Shown here one piece after another: positions 1-17,029 of a stretch of DNA of 64,000 bases; within the stretch, counting starts at the first letter, position 1; each line of letters starts with the position of its first letter. This DNA is from the human T2T-CHM13v2.0 reference genome, Homo sapiens. A program made the position numbers and the translations under genes. Where the stretch lies: NCBI RefSeq assembly GCF_009914755.1, contig NC_060940.1. One strand, written 5' to 3'. Below the pieces are notes generated by a model. That model did no database searches and was not told the DNA's origin. It saw only the letters and a program-made list of their open reading frames with translations.

Positions 1-3315
<3,315 letters not shown>

Positions 3316-3509
3316 TTTTACATAACCAACCACTTCTAAAGATTAAAAAAAAACCCCTATGATTAAAAACCTCAGGTCCCTCAGGCAATCATACCAGATA
3401 TCGAAACAAAGCAATAACATAAGGACTGCAGTATTTATTTTATTTTTATATTATTTATTTATTCTTTGTTAGTTTTTGGAGTGTGGGTTTTGTTTTGTTT
3501 TTTGAATTT

Positions 3510-3535
3510 TTTATTTTGTTCTACTCGGTTTTATT
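3510..3535 (-). terminator. Candidate NPIPB polyadenylation signals (AATAAA at 3535-3530 and 3515-3510)
   Basis: Hexamers 35-60 nt downstream of the stop, in an A-rich Alu-tail-like tract. Confidence 0.7.
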
Positions 3536-3569
3536 CTTATTGCTCAGGCTTGAGTGCACTGGCCTCTTC

Positions 3570-6035
3570 TCAGCTCAACCTCCGCCTCTTGGGTTCGGGT
3601 AATGATGGTTCCACGTCAGCGGCCCTCCGCCTCTTGGGTTTGCGTGACGGTTCCACGTCACCGACCCTCCGCCTCTTGGGTTCGGGTGATGATGGTTCCA
3701 CGTCAGCGGCCCTCCGCCTCTTGGGTTTGCGTGACGGTTCCACATCACCGACCCTCCGCCTCTTGGGTTCGGGTGATGATGGTTCCACGTCAGCGGCCCT
3801 CCGCCTCTTGGGTTTGCGTGACGGTTCCACGTCACCGACCCTCCGCCTCTTGGGTTCGGGAGGTGGTTCCATCTCAGCCGCCCTCTGCCTCTTGGGTTTG
3901 CGTGGTTTTTCTGCCTCAGCCTCCTGAGTAGCTAAGGGAGGTGTCTTGAGATTATCATCGGCTGAGGGTGGAAGCGGCCCCCGCAGACGCTCGGCAGGTG
4001 TCTTGATATTATCATCTGCTGAGGGTGGAGCTGAGGGTGGAAGGGGAGTGAGCTGACGCTCAGAAGGTGTCTTGAGATTATCATCCGCTGAGGGTGGAAG
4101 CGGCCCCCGCAGACGCTCGGCAGGTGTCTTGATATTATCATCTGCTGAGGGTGGAGCTGAGGGTGGAAGGGGAGTGAGCTGACGCTCGGAAGGTGTCTTG
4201 AGATTATCATCCGCTGAGGGTGGAAGCGGCCCCCGCAGACGCTCGGCAGGTGTCTTGATATTATCATCTGCTGAGGGTGGAGCTGAGGGTGGAAGGGGAG
4301 TGAGCTGACGCTCGGAAGGTGTCTTGAGATTATCATCCGCTGAGGGTGGAAGCGGCCCCCGCAGACGCTCGGCCGGTGTCTTGATATTATCATCTGCTGA
4401 GGGTGGAGCTGAGGGTGGAAGGGGAGTGAGCTGACGCTCGGAAGGTGTCTTGAGATTATCATCCGCTGAGGGTGGAAGCGGCCCCCGCAGACGCTCCCCG
4501 CAGACGCTCGGCAGGTGTCTTGATATTATCATCTGCTGAGGGTGGAGCTGAGGGTGGAAGGGGAGTGAGCTGACGCTCGGAAGGTGTCTTGAGATTATCA
4601 TCCGCTGAGGGTGGAAGCGGCCCCCGCAGACGCTCGGCAGGTGTCTTGATATTATCATCTGCTGAGGGTGGAGCTGAGGGTGGAAGGGGAGTGAGCTGAC
4701 GCTCGGAAGGTGTCTTGAGATTATCATCCGCTGAGGGTGGAAGCGGCCCCCGCAGACGCTCGGCAGGTGTCTTGATATTATCATCTGCTGAGGGTGGAGC
4801 TGAGGGTGGAAGGGGAGTGAGCTGACGCTCGGAAGGTGTCTTGAGATTATCATCCGCTGAGGGTGGAAGCGGCCCCCGCAGACGCTCGGCAGGTGTCTTG
4901 ATATTATCATCTGCTGAGGGTGGAGCTGAGGGTGGAAGGGGAGTGAGCTGACGCTCGGAAGGTGTCTTGAGATTATCATCGGCTGATGGTGGAAGCGGAA
5001 TCCGCAGACGCTCAGCAGGTATCTTGATATTATCATCTGCTGAGAGTGGAGCTGAGGGTGGAATGGGAGTGAGCTGACGCTCGGAAGGTGTCTTGAGATT
5101 ATCATCCGCTGAGGGTGGAAGGCAGGTGTCTTGATATTATCATCTGCTGAGGGTGGAGCTGAGGGTGGAAGGGGAGTGAGCTGACGCTCGGAAGGTGTCT
5201 TGAGATTATCATCCGCTGAGGGTGGAAGCGGCCCCCGCAGACGCTCGGCAGGTGTCTTGATATTATCATCTGCTGAGGGTGGAGCTGAGGGTGGAAGGGG
5301 AGTGAGCTGACGCTCGGAAGGTGTCTTGAGATTATCATCCGCTGAGGGTGGAAGCGGCCCCCGCAGACGCTCGGCAGGTGTCTTGATATTATCATCTGCT
5401 GAGGGTGGAGCTGAGGGTGGAAGGGGAGTGAGCTGACGCTCGGAAGGTGTCTTGAGATTATCATCCGCTGAGGGTGGAAGCGGCCCCCGCAGACGCTCGG
5501 CAGGTGTCTTGATATTATCATCTGCTGAGGGTGGAGCTGAGGGTGGAAGGGGAGTGAGCTGATGCTCGGAAGGTGTCTTGAGATTATCATCCGCTGAGGG
5601 TGGAAGGGGATGGAGCAGACACTCGGCACGTGTCTTGAGATTATCATCCGCTGAGGGTGGAGCTGAGGGTGGAGCTGAGGGTGGAAGGGGAGTGAGCAGA
5701 CACTCGGGAGGTGTCTTGAGATTATCATCCGCTGAGGGTGGAAGGGGAGTGAGCAGACACTCGGGAGGTGTCTTGAGATTATCATCCGCTGAGGGTGGAA
5801 GGGGAGTGAGCAGACACTCAGGAGGTGTCTTGAGATTATCATCCGCTGAGGGTGGAAGGGGAGTGAGCAGACACTCGGGAGGTGTCTTGAGGCTCAGGGA
5901 GTTATCAGTTATAGAATGTTGTTGAGTTGGAGGAGGTGGCTGGTGGCCCATCCTGTTTTTTAAAGTTTCAGCTGTGAGGTAGGGCCAGTAGGGCAATCCT
6001 GAAGAATGACGATGCTCCGCTGCCGCCATTCTGAC
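3570..6035 (-). CDS. NPIPB: NPIPB terminal coding exon (821 aa plus stop): [17 protein letters not shown]..., Pro-rich VNTR and basic C-terminal repeat
   Basis: Within ORF 3570..6065. Acceptor ccctacag at 6036-6043. Matches the recalled NPIPB3/B4/B5-type C-terminal region. Confidence 0.95.
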   Translation of the reverse strand, partial: VRMAAAEHRHSSGLPYWPYLTAETLKNRMGHQPPPPTQQHSITDNSLSLKTPPECLLTPLPPSADDNLKTPPECLLTPLPPSADDNLKTPPECLLTPLPPSADDNLKTPPECLLTPLPPSAPPSAPPSADDNLKTRAECLLHPLPPSADDNLKTPSEHQLTPLPPSAPPSADDNIKTPAERLRGPLPPSADDNLKTPSERQLTPLPPSAPPSADDNIKTPAERLRGPLPPSADDNLKTPSERQLTPLPPSAPPSADDNIKTPAERLRGPLPPSADDNLKTPSERQLTPLPPSAPPSADDNIKTPAFHPQRMIISRHLPSVSSLPFHPQLHSQQMIISRYLLSVCGFRFHHQPMIISRHLPSVSSLPFHPQLHPQQMIISRHLPSVCGGRFHPQRMIISRHLPSVSSLPFHPQLHPQQMIISRHLPSVCGGRFHPQRMIISRHLPSVSSLPFHPQLHPQQMIISRHLPSVCGGRFHPQRMIISRHLPSVSSLPFHPQLHPQQMIISRHLPSVCGERLRGPLPPSADDNLKTPSERQLTPLPPSAPPSADDNIKTPAERLRGPLPPSADDNLKTPSERQLTPLPPSAPPSADDNIKTPAERLRGPLPPSADDNLKTPSERQLTPLPPSAPPSADDNIKTPAERLRGPLPPSADDNLKTPSERQLTPLPPSAPPSADDNIKTPAERLRGPLPPSADDNLKTPPLATQEAEAEKPRKPKRQRAAEMEPPPEPKRRRVGDVEPSRKPKRRRAADVEPSSPEPKRRRVGDVEPSRKPKRRRAADVEPSSPEPKRRRVGDVEPSRKPKRRRAADVEPSLPEPKRRRLS
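3579..3910 (-). repeat. Coding VNTR 2: 87-bp (29 aa) unit made of 42+45-bp subunits, encoding a PKRRR array
   Basis: ctcttgggttcggg recurs every 87 bp. Protein [29 protein letters not shown]. Confidence 0.95.
3935..5895 (-). repeat. Coding VNTR 1: 57-bp (19 aa) and 69-bp (23 aa) units, mostly alternating as a 126-bp dimer
   Basis: Repeated gtgtcttgagattatcatccgctgagggtggaag / gtgtcttgatattatcatctgctgagggtggagctgagggtggaag. Confidence 0.97.
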
Positions 6036-7395
6036 CTGTAGGGCCAAAGGAGGGAATGTTTTCACACATATTCATTTGATGGACAAAATTACCGCCACCA
6101 ACACAGTCTGCACCTTCTGTTGCTGGTGATAGATTTTTGCACCTTTCCATCCTCCAGGTTTCAAAATAGCAGTATCAGTGTCATAATATCACCCTTCCAC
6201 TGAGTACTGCCAACAGCTGGAGGGTAAAGGAAAGTCATTGGGACACACTGTTGTCTCCACATGCCACTGTGTCTGTCTGCAAATGTAGGCAGGCTGGGGT
6301 CCTGCCCCAGGGAAGACAGAGTCATAACAGAGTAATAAAGAAGCATGTTTGAGACACAGGAGTGTCTATGTCTATCCTCATTCCTCCCTCACAGCCATCA
6401 CCAGAGCATGTTTCTTGCACCAGGTCAACAGACAGTAAGAGACAGTAAGAGAGGCATGAAAAGCCCACTGTCCACACATGTTGCAGCTTCTTTTTGGAGA
6501 ATGTTTTCCAGGCCTTTTATGTTCTGTCTCTGACTCTCAGAACTCTGCAAGGTCAGTGTGACCACCCTGCTCCAAATCTAAGAAAACAGAGGTTTCCAGA
6601 GGAAGGAGAAATTGTGCCCAGGGTCACACAGCTTGCAAGAGGCAGAGTGGAAGTTGATTCCAGCTCTGCCTGCAGGACCCTCTCATTTCCCCTCTGTTTC
6701 CCTTCTTGACAAAGGATCTTCTTCACTCTGGAGGTGCCACCCATGAGAACAAAGAGCTCTGGAGAGATGTGGATTCCTGAAGAGCTGCAGGGGAACTGGG
6801 AGAGGGTTTTCTGACAGAACAATCTCACCTCAAGAAGTCACTTAGGCATGGCTGTAATATTTCTTTTCACTCCCAGGTAATACCAAATTGTAAGTGCACT
6901 AGGACATAAAGAATACTTTTGTCCATGGAAAAATGAGGTGGGAATTCTAAACAAAGCAAGTTTTAAAACTGTGTTTCACTTCAAGTGTACAAGTCCCATC
7001 ACGTGTAATCATAGGACTCGGCAGCTTTTGAAGGTACAGAGGCCACACAAGAACCAGCTTAGCTGAGCATCATTTAAGGCCTTCATTTGGAATTGTCCCT
7101 GTGGGTAATAAGTTACATTCACTCTTCACTAGTTTACAGTCAGGGCCCATCTGCTATTACAAATACGGAACCTCTGACACTTAGAATATTAGATCAGGGG
7201 CCCCACTGGGTGGGGATGAAGGTGTTTTTGCGCAACACGGTTACCAACAGGGATGGGACTGTGATGCTTGTAGGCAGCCTTTCTCTCTGCCATCTCCCTC
7301 TGCAGGGCTTGAGCACAGAGCTGTAGGGAGAAAAATGTATCCATGTCCTGACCTGGCAGACTATGTCCAAAAGCAAGGAAAACAAGCAAACTTAC

Positions 7396-7431
7396 CCAGT
7401 TGCAAAGAGCCTTTCTTGCAGAAGGGGGGAT
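7396..7431 (-). CDS. NPIPB: NPIPB internal coding exon (36 nt, IPPSARKALCNW)
   Basis: tttttcag|ATC...TGG|gtaag; phase 0/0; joins in frame to VRMAAAE. Confidence 0.93.
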
Positions 7432-7540
7432 CTGAAAAAGCCAACACATGAGAAATTGAATGTTGAGAGAGTCTAAGGGCCGTGGCATCATCTGCATCAG
7501 CACTGAACTATCCCGCAACTGCAGGGAGGAAGCTCCTTAC

Positions 7541-7601
7541 TTTGCATTTGTGGTAGTCCTCTGCCCGCCGCCGCAACTCTTGCGCACGTTGAAACATTTT
7601 C
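7541..7601 (-). CDS. NPIPB: NPIPB internal coding exon (61 nt, KMFQRAQELRRRAEDYHKCK)
   Basis: atag|G AAA ATG...AAA|gtaag; phase 2/0. Confidence 0.93.
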
Positions 7602-7848
7602 CTATGGATTACAATCACTTTCATCAGATAAAGCACCACTTTCAGGATGATTTTAAATAATCTGCCATGTTTCTGTTATCCTCACAACTGTACCCTTACA
7701 CAATCTATCTCTACCTAGAAAACGTATTTCAGATGGCTATAAGAGTACAGTCTGAGCCGGTCACGGTGGCTGACGCCTGTAATCCCAGCACTCTGGGAGG
7801 GCGGGGCAGATGGATCACGAGGTCAGGAGATTGAGACCATTGTGGCTA

Positions 7849-8103
<255 letters not shown>

Positions 8104-8610
8104 TTACTGCCTGCTGACTTCTGAGATGATAGTTTCCTTCCCCATTCTCAGTACATCCCTAATTCATCCTTCATTGAGCATCTTTTATCATAAAGCTGTA
8201 TTCTCTTTGTATTAATATCCTTACCGTGTTTCACAGGGCAGAAACAGCTGGGCTTATAAACAGGCATAGTCCTTTTGAAGGATGTGGTTGATCCTACAAC
8301 AACACACTTTCCTAAGGATGACAACAACTCACCCCACCCCTAGAATGGCTGGTATGAACCGAGTTTCCACACAGTCTAGCTGGCAATGGGGTCAGGAGAC
8401 GTTTTGCTACTTCACATCTTTTGGTCACTGGTAAATATTAAGGTACTTTGTTTTCTGTTTTGTGAACTCTCTCTCGCTCTCTCTCACGATATGTCTTCTG
8501 ACCGTTTGTTTCTATTTCTGCATTTACTGGGTCTAAATACTGTACAAAGGTTAAAAACAACACTCCAATGGGCGTTTCCCAGGAGGGTGGGGTTCAGTTT
8601 CTGAACTCAC

Positions 8611-8718
8611 TTGTAGGTGTGTATTTCTTTCATATCCAATTTCCCATTTTCCTCTGCCTCTGATACCTGCCTCTCCTTTTCTGCATGCTCACATTCTTTC
8701 ACGCTTAGTTTCCTCAGA
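8611..8718 (-). pseudogene. NPIPA-type 108-nt cassette exon ([35 protein letters not shown]) with inactivated acceptor
   Basis: Open in frame, donor gtgagt intact, acceptor reads ttctaa instead of ttctag. The peptide matches the segment I recall in NPIPA proteins. Confidence 0.85.
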
Positions 8719-10673
8719 TTAGAAGGGAGAGAAATGCACACACATGATCCACCAGCCCGTGTGGGATTCCCTCTGCCCTTCTGGCATCTGAAGGCTGTGA
8801 TTCAAAGATCCCCCCTGCAACCTTCCCACAAATGAACCAACTGATTCTCACAACCGAAGGGAGAATTGACACCTCCCATTGAGGGACAAAAAAAAGTCAC
8901 ACTCTGGCCTGCTGGCAAGTCACCTGTCATTTCCAGCTCATCTTCATAGTTCCATAGTTAGTCCTATTCTTTAGTAAATATAAAGACTATTAAAAGCTTC
9001 TATGAGGTGCACTATGTGTGTCTCTGGGGTCAGTCTTGTGCTTGACACAGCGAAAGCTCATTTTAGTTCAGTGTGAAAAACCAGACCTCACCAATTCATC
9101 ACAACTAACTCCATCGGAAGCAGAGGATTGCTCCTCATCTGACTCCTCCTGTGTGAGACCTTATTCTCAGTCAGAGGCTGATGCCGGAACTGAGACCATC
9201 AGCCATAGAGAGATCCTTCCAGAATAACCCCGCAGTTCACTACTGCACTTTGCCATGATTCAGGACTGGAACTCTTGTCATCGACTTTAAAGATCCTGGT
9301 TGAGAGAAAAGGCAATCTGAATGCTGGGCGCATCTATTGAATTAGAAATGATCGGAATGGCTCCTAAGTCAGGGTGTTATGTCCTGAAAATAGGTGACAA
9401 CGGCAAACCATCCACCCTGGTGTTGACTGACTTTAACAAGGTTCAGTTCACAGAGATTGAGGGCAGAAAAAGGAAACGGCCTAAAAAGGGTAAGTTTGCT
9501 GTGTTGCCCTCACTCCACTTGATTCATGGTCCTGATCCTAAGGATCTCACCTGATACTTGGTTTTATAGGAAGGATGTGTAAAATTCCCAGAACGCTAGG
9601 AAACAGGGGCGAAAACACTTCAAAGAGAAAGTTAATGAACTTGTTTCTGACCACAAGGCATCCTTCAGCACATGCTGTCTGGAGTGGCCTCAAACAAGGA
9701 GTGTGTGGTGTGGTGCTGAGAATGCAATGGGAGCAGGGTCCTGTCCCCACGCTAAAGAAGCTCACAGCTTAATGCAAATGAGAAGCCAGTGAGGACATCA
9801 CTACTCCTGCTGTGCACTTGGGAACTAGAAACACAAAACCTGACTCTGGAGGGAAGCTAAGGAAGCATTCTACTCTTGAGTTGACATAAGTGCATCTGAA
9901 GCTTCTGATCTCCGATGAGAACAATGGGGGACACCAAACAGAATATAAAACCCATGATTGAATACATCAAATTGCTAACATGGCAGTAAACAGACATGAG
10001 GTGAAGATGGAGAAGAAGGAAACCCAGGACGAAAGTCAGCCTCGCATTTGGAACCCATTTCCCTGAGTTTCATTGCTGAATTCCAGAAGGAACTACTGAG
10101 ATGCAAAGAAGCACAGCAGCTTTTGCACACATGCGTGGGATTAGATGGAAAACAAGTGGATTGAGGGTCTGCCAATGAAAGCGACCCGTACTGAAGTCCA
10201 CTGGCTCTGGTTGAGACCCAGAAGAGTCATGCATCAGAATAAAGGTGGACAGGAAATACCCTGGCCTTTGTAGGGACTGAGCCTGCACCGACGACTTCAA
10301 TTGCAGCCTGTATGGAGGACCCCTGACCATCCCCCAGAAGTAGACTCCCATCTCTTCTGCAGCAAGATAACATGCTACTAGGCCTCAATTCATTGCTAAA
10401 CATTTTTTAACAAGTATCTCACATTTAACAAAAAAAGATCAGTCATATGGCAGCAAAATACAATGTCATATGACCAAAACATGAAAGACTGTGAAAATGA
10501 ATCTGGAGGTGACCCAAGCATTGAATTCAACAATCCAGGCTGGGTGCGGTGGCTCACACTGGGAGGCTGAGGTAGGCAGATCACCTGAGGTCAGGAGTTC
10601 AAGACTAGCCTGGCCAACATGGTGAACCCGTCTCTACTAAAAATACAAAAATTGGGCCGGGCACGGTGGCTCA

Positions 10674-10993
<320 letters not shown>

Positions 10994-11196
10994 CTACTCG
11001 GGAAGCTGAGGCAGAATTGCTTCAAACTGGGAGGCAGAGGTTGCAGTGAGCCAAGATTGCACCATAGCACTCCAGCCTGGGCGACAGAGCGAGACTCTAT
11101 CTCAAAATTAAAAAAAAAAAAAAAAAAAAAAAAGGCTGGCTGTGGTGGCTCACGCCTCTAATACCAGCACTTTGGGAGGCTGAGGCAGGTGGATTA

Positions 11197-11454
<258 letters not shown>

Positions 11455-11671
11455 CTAGCAACTCCTCTTCCTCCGAAAAAATGAAAACAAGAATGTAGGA
11501 AGGGAAAGGAATTATACAGCTTAAACTAATGAAGCAGAAAGGACAAACTCAATTTTGAACCCACTGAATTTGCCACAAATATTGTAGAAAATATTCTCAA
11601 GGACTTTACAGTTGTCTACTTTGATTGGCACATGGTTCATACAACAGTATTTGTGTCAAGGCACATCTTAC

Positions 11672-11867
11672 TGTTTTCTGGCGGTCTTCCTCTTTCCATT
11701 GATTTTGTCATGATGGTTGATTTTCGTTGTCACCTTCCTCTTACGGATTTTAGCTCTAACTTTTGTTTCCACATGTCTCCGTAGAGTAATGACGTCTTTC
11801 AGGCCAATTTTATTTCCTCGAAAGGAAGAAACTCTTTTCTTTGTGTGCATACAAATGGACCTCAGCC
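11672..11867 (-). CDS. NPIPB: NPIPB internal coding exon (196 nt, [11 protein letters not shown]...KTARKQ), with the NPIPB-type 17-codon 5' extension
   Basis: ccaag|GG CTG AGG...AAA CA|gtaag; Lys/Arg-rich; part of ORF 11668..12045. Confidence 0.92.
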
Positions 11868-11979
11868 CTTGGTGAGAGTGAGGAGAGGAGAAGGTGAGAA
11901 ACCTGAGGGCAAGAAGCTGTTCTTTCCCTTTCCAGGGCAAACTCATTTCCACACTATGCGGATTCCAACAGAGCCATAC

Positions 11980-12079
11980 CTTCCTGTCTACGGCGGTTGG
12001 ACCTCCAGGCTCTCTGCTGTACATCCGTGGATCCATCATGTCCATTTCGAGACCAGAAGATAGTCTTCAGGAGAGACAC
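11980..12079 (-). CDS. NPIPB: NPIPB internal coding exon (100 nt, [33 protein letters not shown])
   Basis: ttcctag|GTG...GAA G|gtatgg; phase 0/1. Confidence 0.93.
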
Positions 12080-12535
12080 CTAGGAAATAATAATATAAGA
12101 ATGACGGCTGGGCACGGTGGCTCATGCGTATAATCCCAGTACTTCGGGAGGCCGAGGCAGGTGGATCACGGGGTCAGGAGTTCAAGACCAGCCTGGCCAA
12201 GATGGTGAAACCCCGTCTCTACTAAAAATACAAAAATTAGCCGGGCATGGCAGCGGGCGCCTGTAATCCAAGCTACTCGGGAGGCTGAGGCAGAGAACCG
12301 TTTGAAGCTGGGAGGCGGAGGTTGCAGTGAGCCGAGATCACACCACTGCACTCCAGCCTGAGCGACAGAATGAGACTCTGTCACATACACACACACACAC
12401 ACAAGAATGACATGAGGCTGGCACGGTGGCTCACTCCTGTAATCCCAGCACTTTGGGAGGCCGAGGCAGGCGGATCACCTGAGGTCGGGAGTTTGAGACC
12501 AGCCTCACCAACATGGAGAAACGCTGTCTCTGCTA

Positions 12536-12733
<198 letters not shown>

Positions 12734-12736
12734 TCA

Positions 12737-13032
<296 letters not shown>

Positions 13033-13476
13033 TCACACAACTGAACTGTACACTTCAACACGGTTAGATGGTAATTATCATCTTATAAGTATTTTACCAC
13101 AGGTTAACATGTTTCACAACTTGAAAAGGAAGTAATTACCTTCAGCTCTCTGAGTTCTAGAATTTGTAACATTTCATCCCCTGCTCCTTCCTGATCTGCA
13201 CTGGAGCATCTTCCTTCTGTCCCTGCTCTACTCAGAGTTCACTTTCCCTTCCCTCACATCAGCTTCATTGAGGCTGGTTTGAACTTAACGCAAAACATTC
13301 TCACTAATGACTGAATTCCCACCAAGATTTCCATATTATCACAGTATGCTTTTAATCTTCTAAGATATTAAATATTTCTTCTCATCATAGCTAAAATGCA
13401 ATGCAAATCCCATCTCAGATGTGGGTCAGATACCTATGAATCTCCTGAGGTGGTCATTGAAATGACTTTTTCTTGA

Positions 13477-13797
<321 letters not shown>

Positions 13798-14183
13798 TGA
13801 TTTCTGCACATAGGATAAAAAAAAAATCATGTACTAGGATTTCGAGAGAAGCAATGGGTAATCTAAAAAGATGAAAAGAGCAACCACGTCAATCCCACAG
13901 CTACTGCTAGATTTCATAGGAAAGGTAGCTGGCCCAGTTTGGAGCTAGGGGAAATGTCAAACACATGAAGAAATGAGAAGCCAAGAAATGCCATCACGCA
14001 TGAATGCTTCATGGCACCCATGATGTCCCTGCTTAGGAGGTAATGGTATAGATGACTAGATGACAAGGACAAAGATGAGAGGTGCGAAGTTGTCCAAGTC
14101 CAACAGCTCAACTGAACTTTCCTAAGTGGAATTGTTAAAAAGTGGTAAATTTAAAAACTTCCCCTGGCTCACGTGGTGGCTCA

Positions 14184-14489
<306 letters not shown>

Positions 14490-14959
14490 TTATACCGAAA
14501 ATTCTCTGTTCAGGACTAAGTGGCATAGAGAATGTTAAATGTGCCTAGATATCTTCATAACTCATATATTTTCTGTTTTCTACATATCTTGAAAGGCAGT
14601 GCCAAATGACGTGTAATTATCTAGGTGGTAAAACTGAAACATACTTCCTCTTCCCTTGAATATAAAAAAGCATTGTGGTATTAGTACTTTTATCTTGGAT
14701 CATTGTTCAGAAGGAGGTTCAGCCCCCAGACAACCACATTTTTACTGTCATGAATGGCAAGACAAAATGTAGAGCTCAACTTACCCAAAGGAAAAAAGGC
14801 TCAAAAGACAAATTATGGCACAACTTAGCAGCCAAATTCTTACCAAGTACAGACTTTTGACATACTGATCTCTCTCCAGTTCCAAGTCGGAACATGCACT
14901 TTGAATGATGTCATTCAAAATTACCCTGCCCAGACACACTTTTCATTGATTCTCTTGGA

Positions 14960-15352
14960 GGGCAGTTCTAAGAGTCTCTGGGGCTTTCTCTGCATCATGA
15001 GACGCAGTGCAGTTCTGCCCTTCACCTTCCGGCAGTTTGTCACCTCATCCCTATGACCTCACAGGAACTTTGTCTCAGGCCAATTGTTTGTTCCTTGGCC
15101 TCTTTCATTTCCCCTAAAAATCATTTGCTGCCCCTCTAAATGGCCTACATCTCCATCTATCTCCCTCTCCCCTCAGAAGAGGGTGCTCTTTAAGCATCAG
15201 CCATCCGGCCCTTCTAGCAGTCTCATTTTTCAGCTGGTTCCCATGTTTATGCCTGTTCTATGTTTTTCTTTTCCTGTTAAGCTGTCTGTTGTCAGCTCAT
15301 TTCTGCAGTGAATCTTCAGAGAGGAGATTGGAAGCTTTCCTTCCACCCATAC
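14960..15352 (+). mobile_element. Degenerate ERV1 (MER4-group-like) LTR fragment
   Basis: 3' end cctgttaagctgtctgttgtcag...cagtgaatcttcagagag...ttccttccacccatac resembles MER4-group LTR ends. Confidence 0.45.
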
Positions 15353-15683
15353 GATAGAACTACAAAGCAGAAGAGTTTAGAAAGAATTTCCTATTTAAGT
15401 GACGAAACCTCATACTCCATTTGTGATAAATAGCACAAAGGTTAAAAAAACTTATTTTTGACCAAAAGCTCTGTTGACATTCTATTAAACAAACACCGAC
15501 CTATTTAATTTTCATAATGCAAATGGCAGATGTTTTCATAATTCTTATACTAATAAATCATTTCCCTGATTTTTTGGGTAAAACCACATATTCATAATGA
15601 AGTCCAGAAATGTGAATTGTTTTATATAATTTATTCTTATTTGTGATTACAAGTATACCTCTACAGAAAGTTAGTATACTCAC

Positions 15684-15812
15684 CCAAAGGTAAACTATCC
15701 AGAGGGTAATGACAACTTTATAACTTGTCGGAAACGCAATAATGACATGTAACCAAGGACTTCCACCAAAGTCAGTCCCACGATGATGATGGTCAGCCAG
15801 AGTATTGATAAC
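15684..15812 (-). CDS. NPIPB: NPIPB common second coding exon (129 nt, [10 protein letters not shown]...[11 protein letters not shown]) with a hydrophobic, putative transmembrane segment
   Basis: ttccag|GTT...TGG|gtgagt; phase 0/0; part of ORF 15558..15860. Confidence 0.93.
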
Positions 15813-16049
15813 CTGGAATAATAATAGTTGAAATAATGAAAAGGTCAATGACACTGACAATATTTCACTCAGAAAGAATCATCCTTAGAAACCGTCAACC
15901 TCCTCCAAAAGGTAACCACATCCCTCAGATATCACCGTGGGATTCCACTGCTACAAAAAAGAACAGAAGTTAGAAGTCACATGTTTTTCAGATGGCTGGT
16001 AGTGTTTTCAGGCATTGCAAATGTGGGGTGTTGTCTTTCTTGGTATAAA

Positions 16050-16877
<828 letters not shown>

Positions 16878-16885
16878 AAGTATAA

Positions 16886-17029
<144 letters not shown>

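Noticed and set aside
3935-5895. CRISPR-like repeat/spacer appearance
   Set aside because: The intervening segments are themselves repeated, the array is protein-coding, and the context is primate DNA with no cas genes.
3466-5925. Plus-strand ORFs 3466..3927, 3554..3931, 5578..5925 and minus ORF 3575..3835
   Set aside because: Open only because repeat units are multiples of 3 and lack stops in those frames; no independent gene evidence.
6036-6065. ORF-track start [10 protein letters not shown] for the 831-aa ORF
   Set aside because: Intronic sequence (GTG start) upstream of the splice acceptor; the exon begins at 6035.
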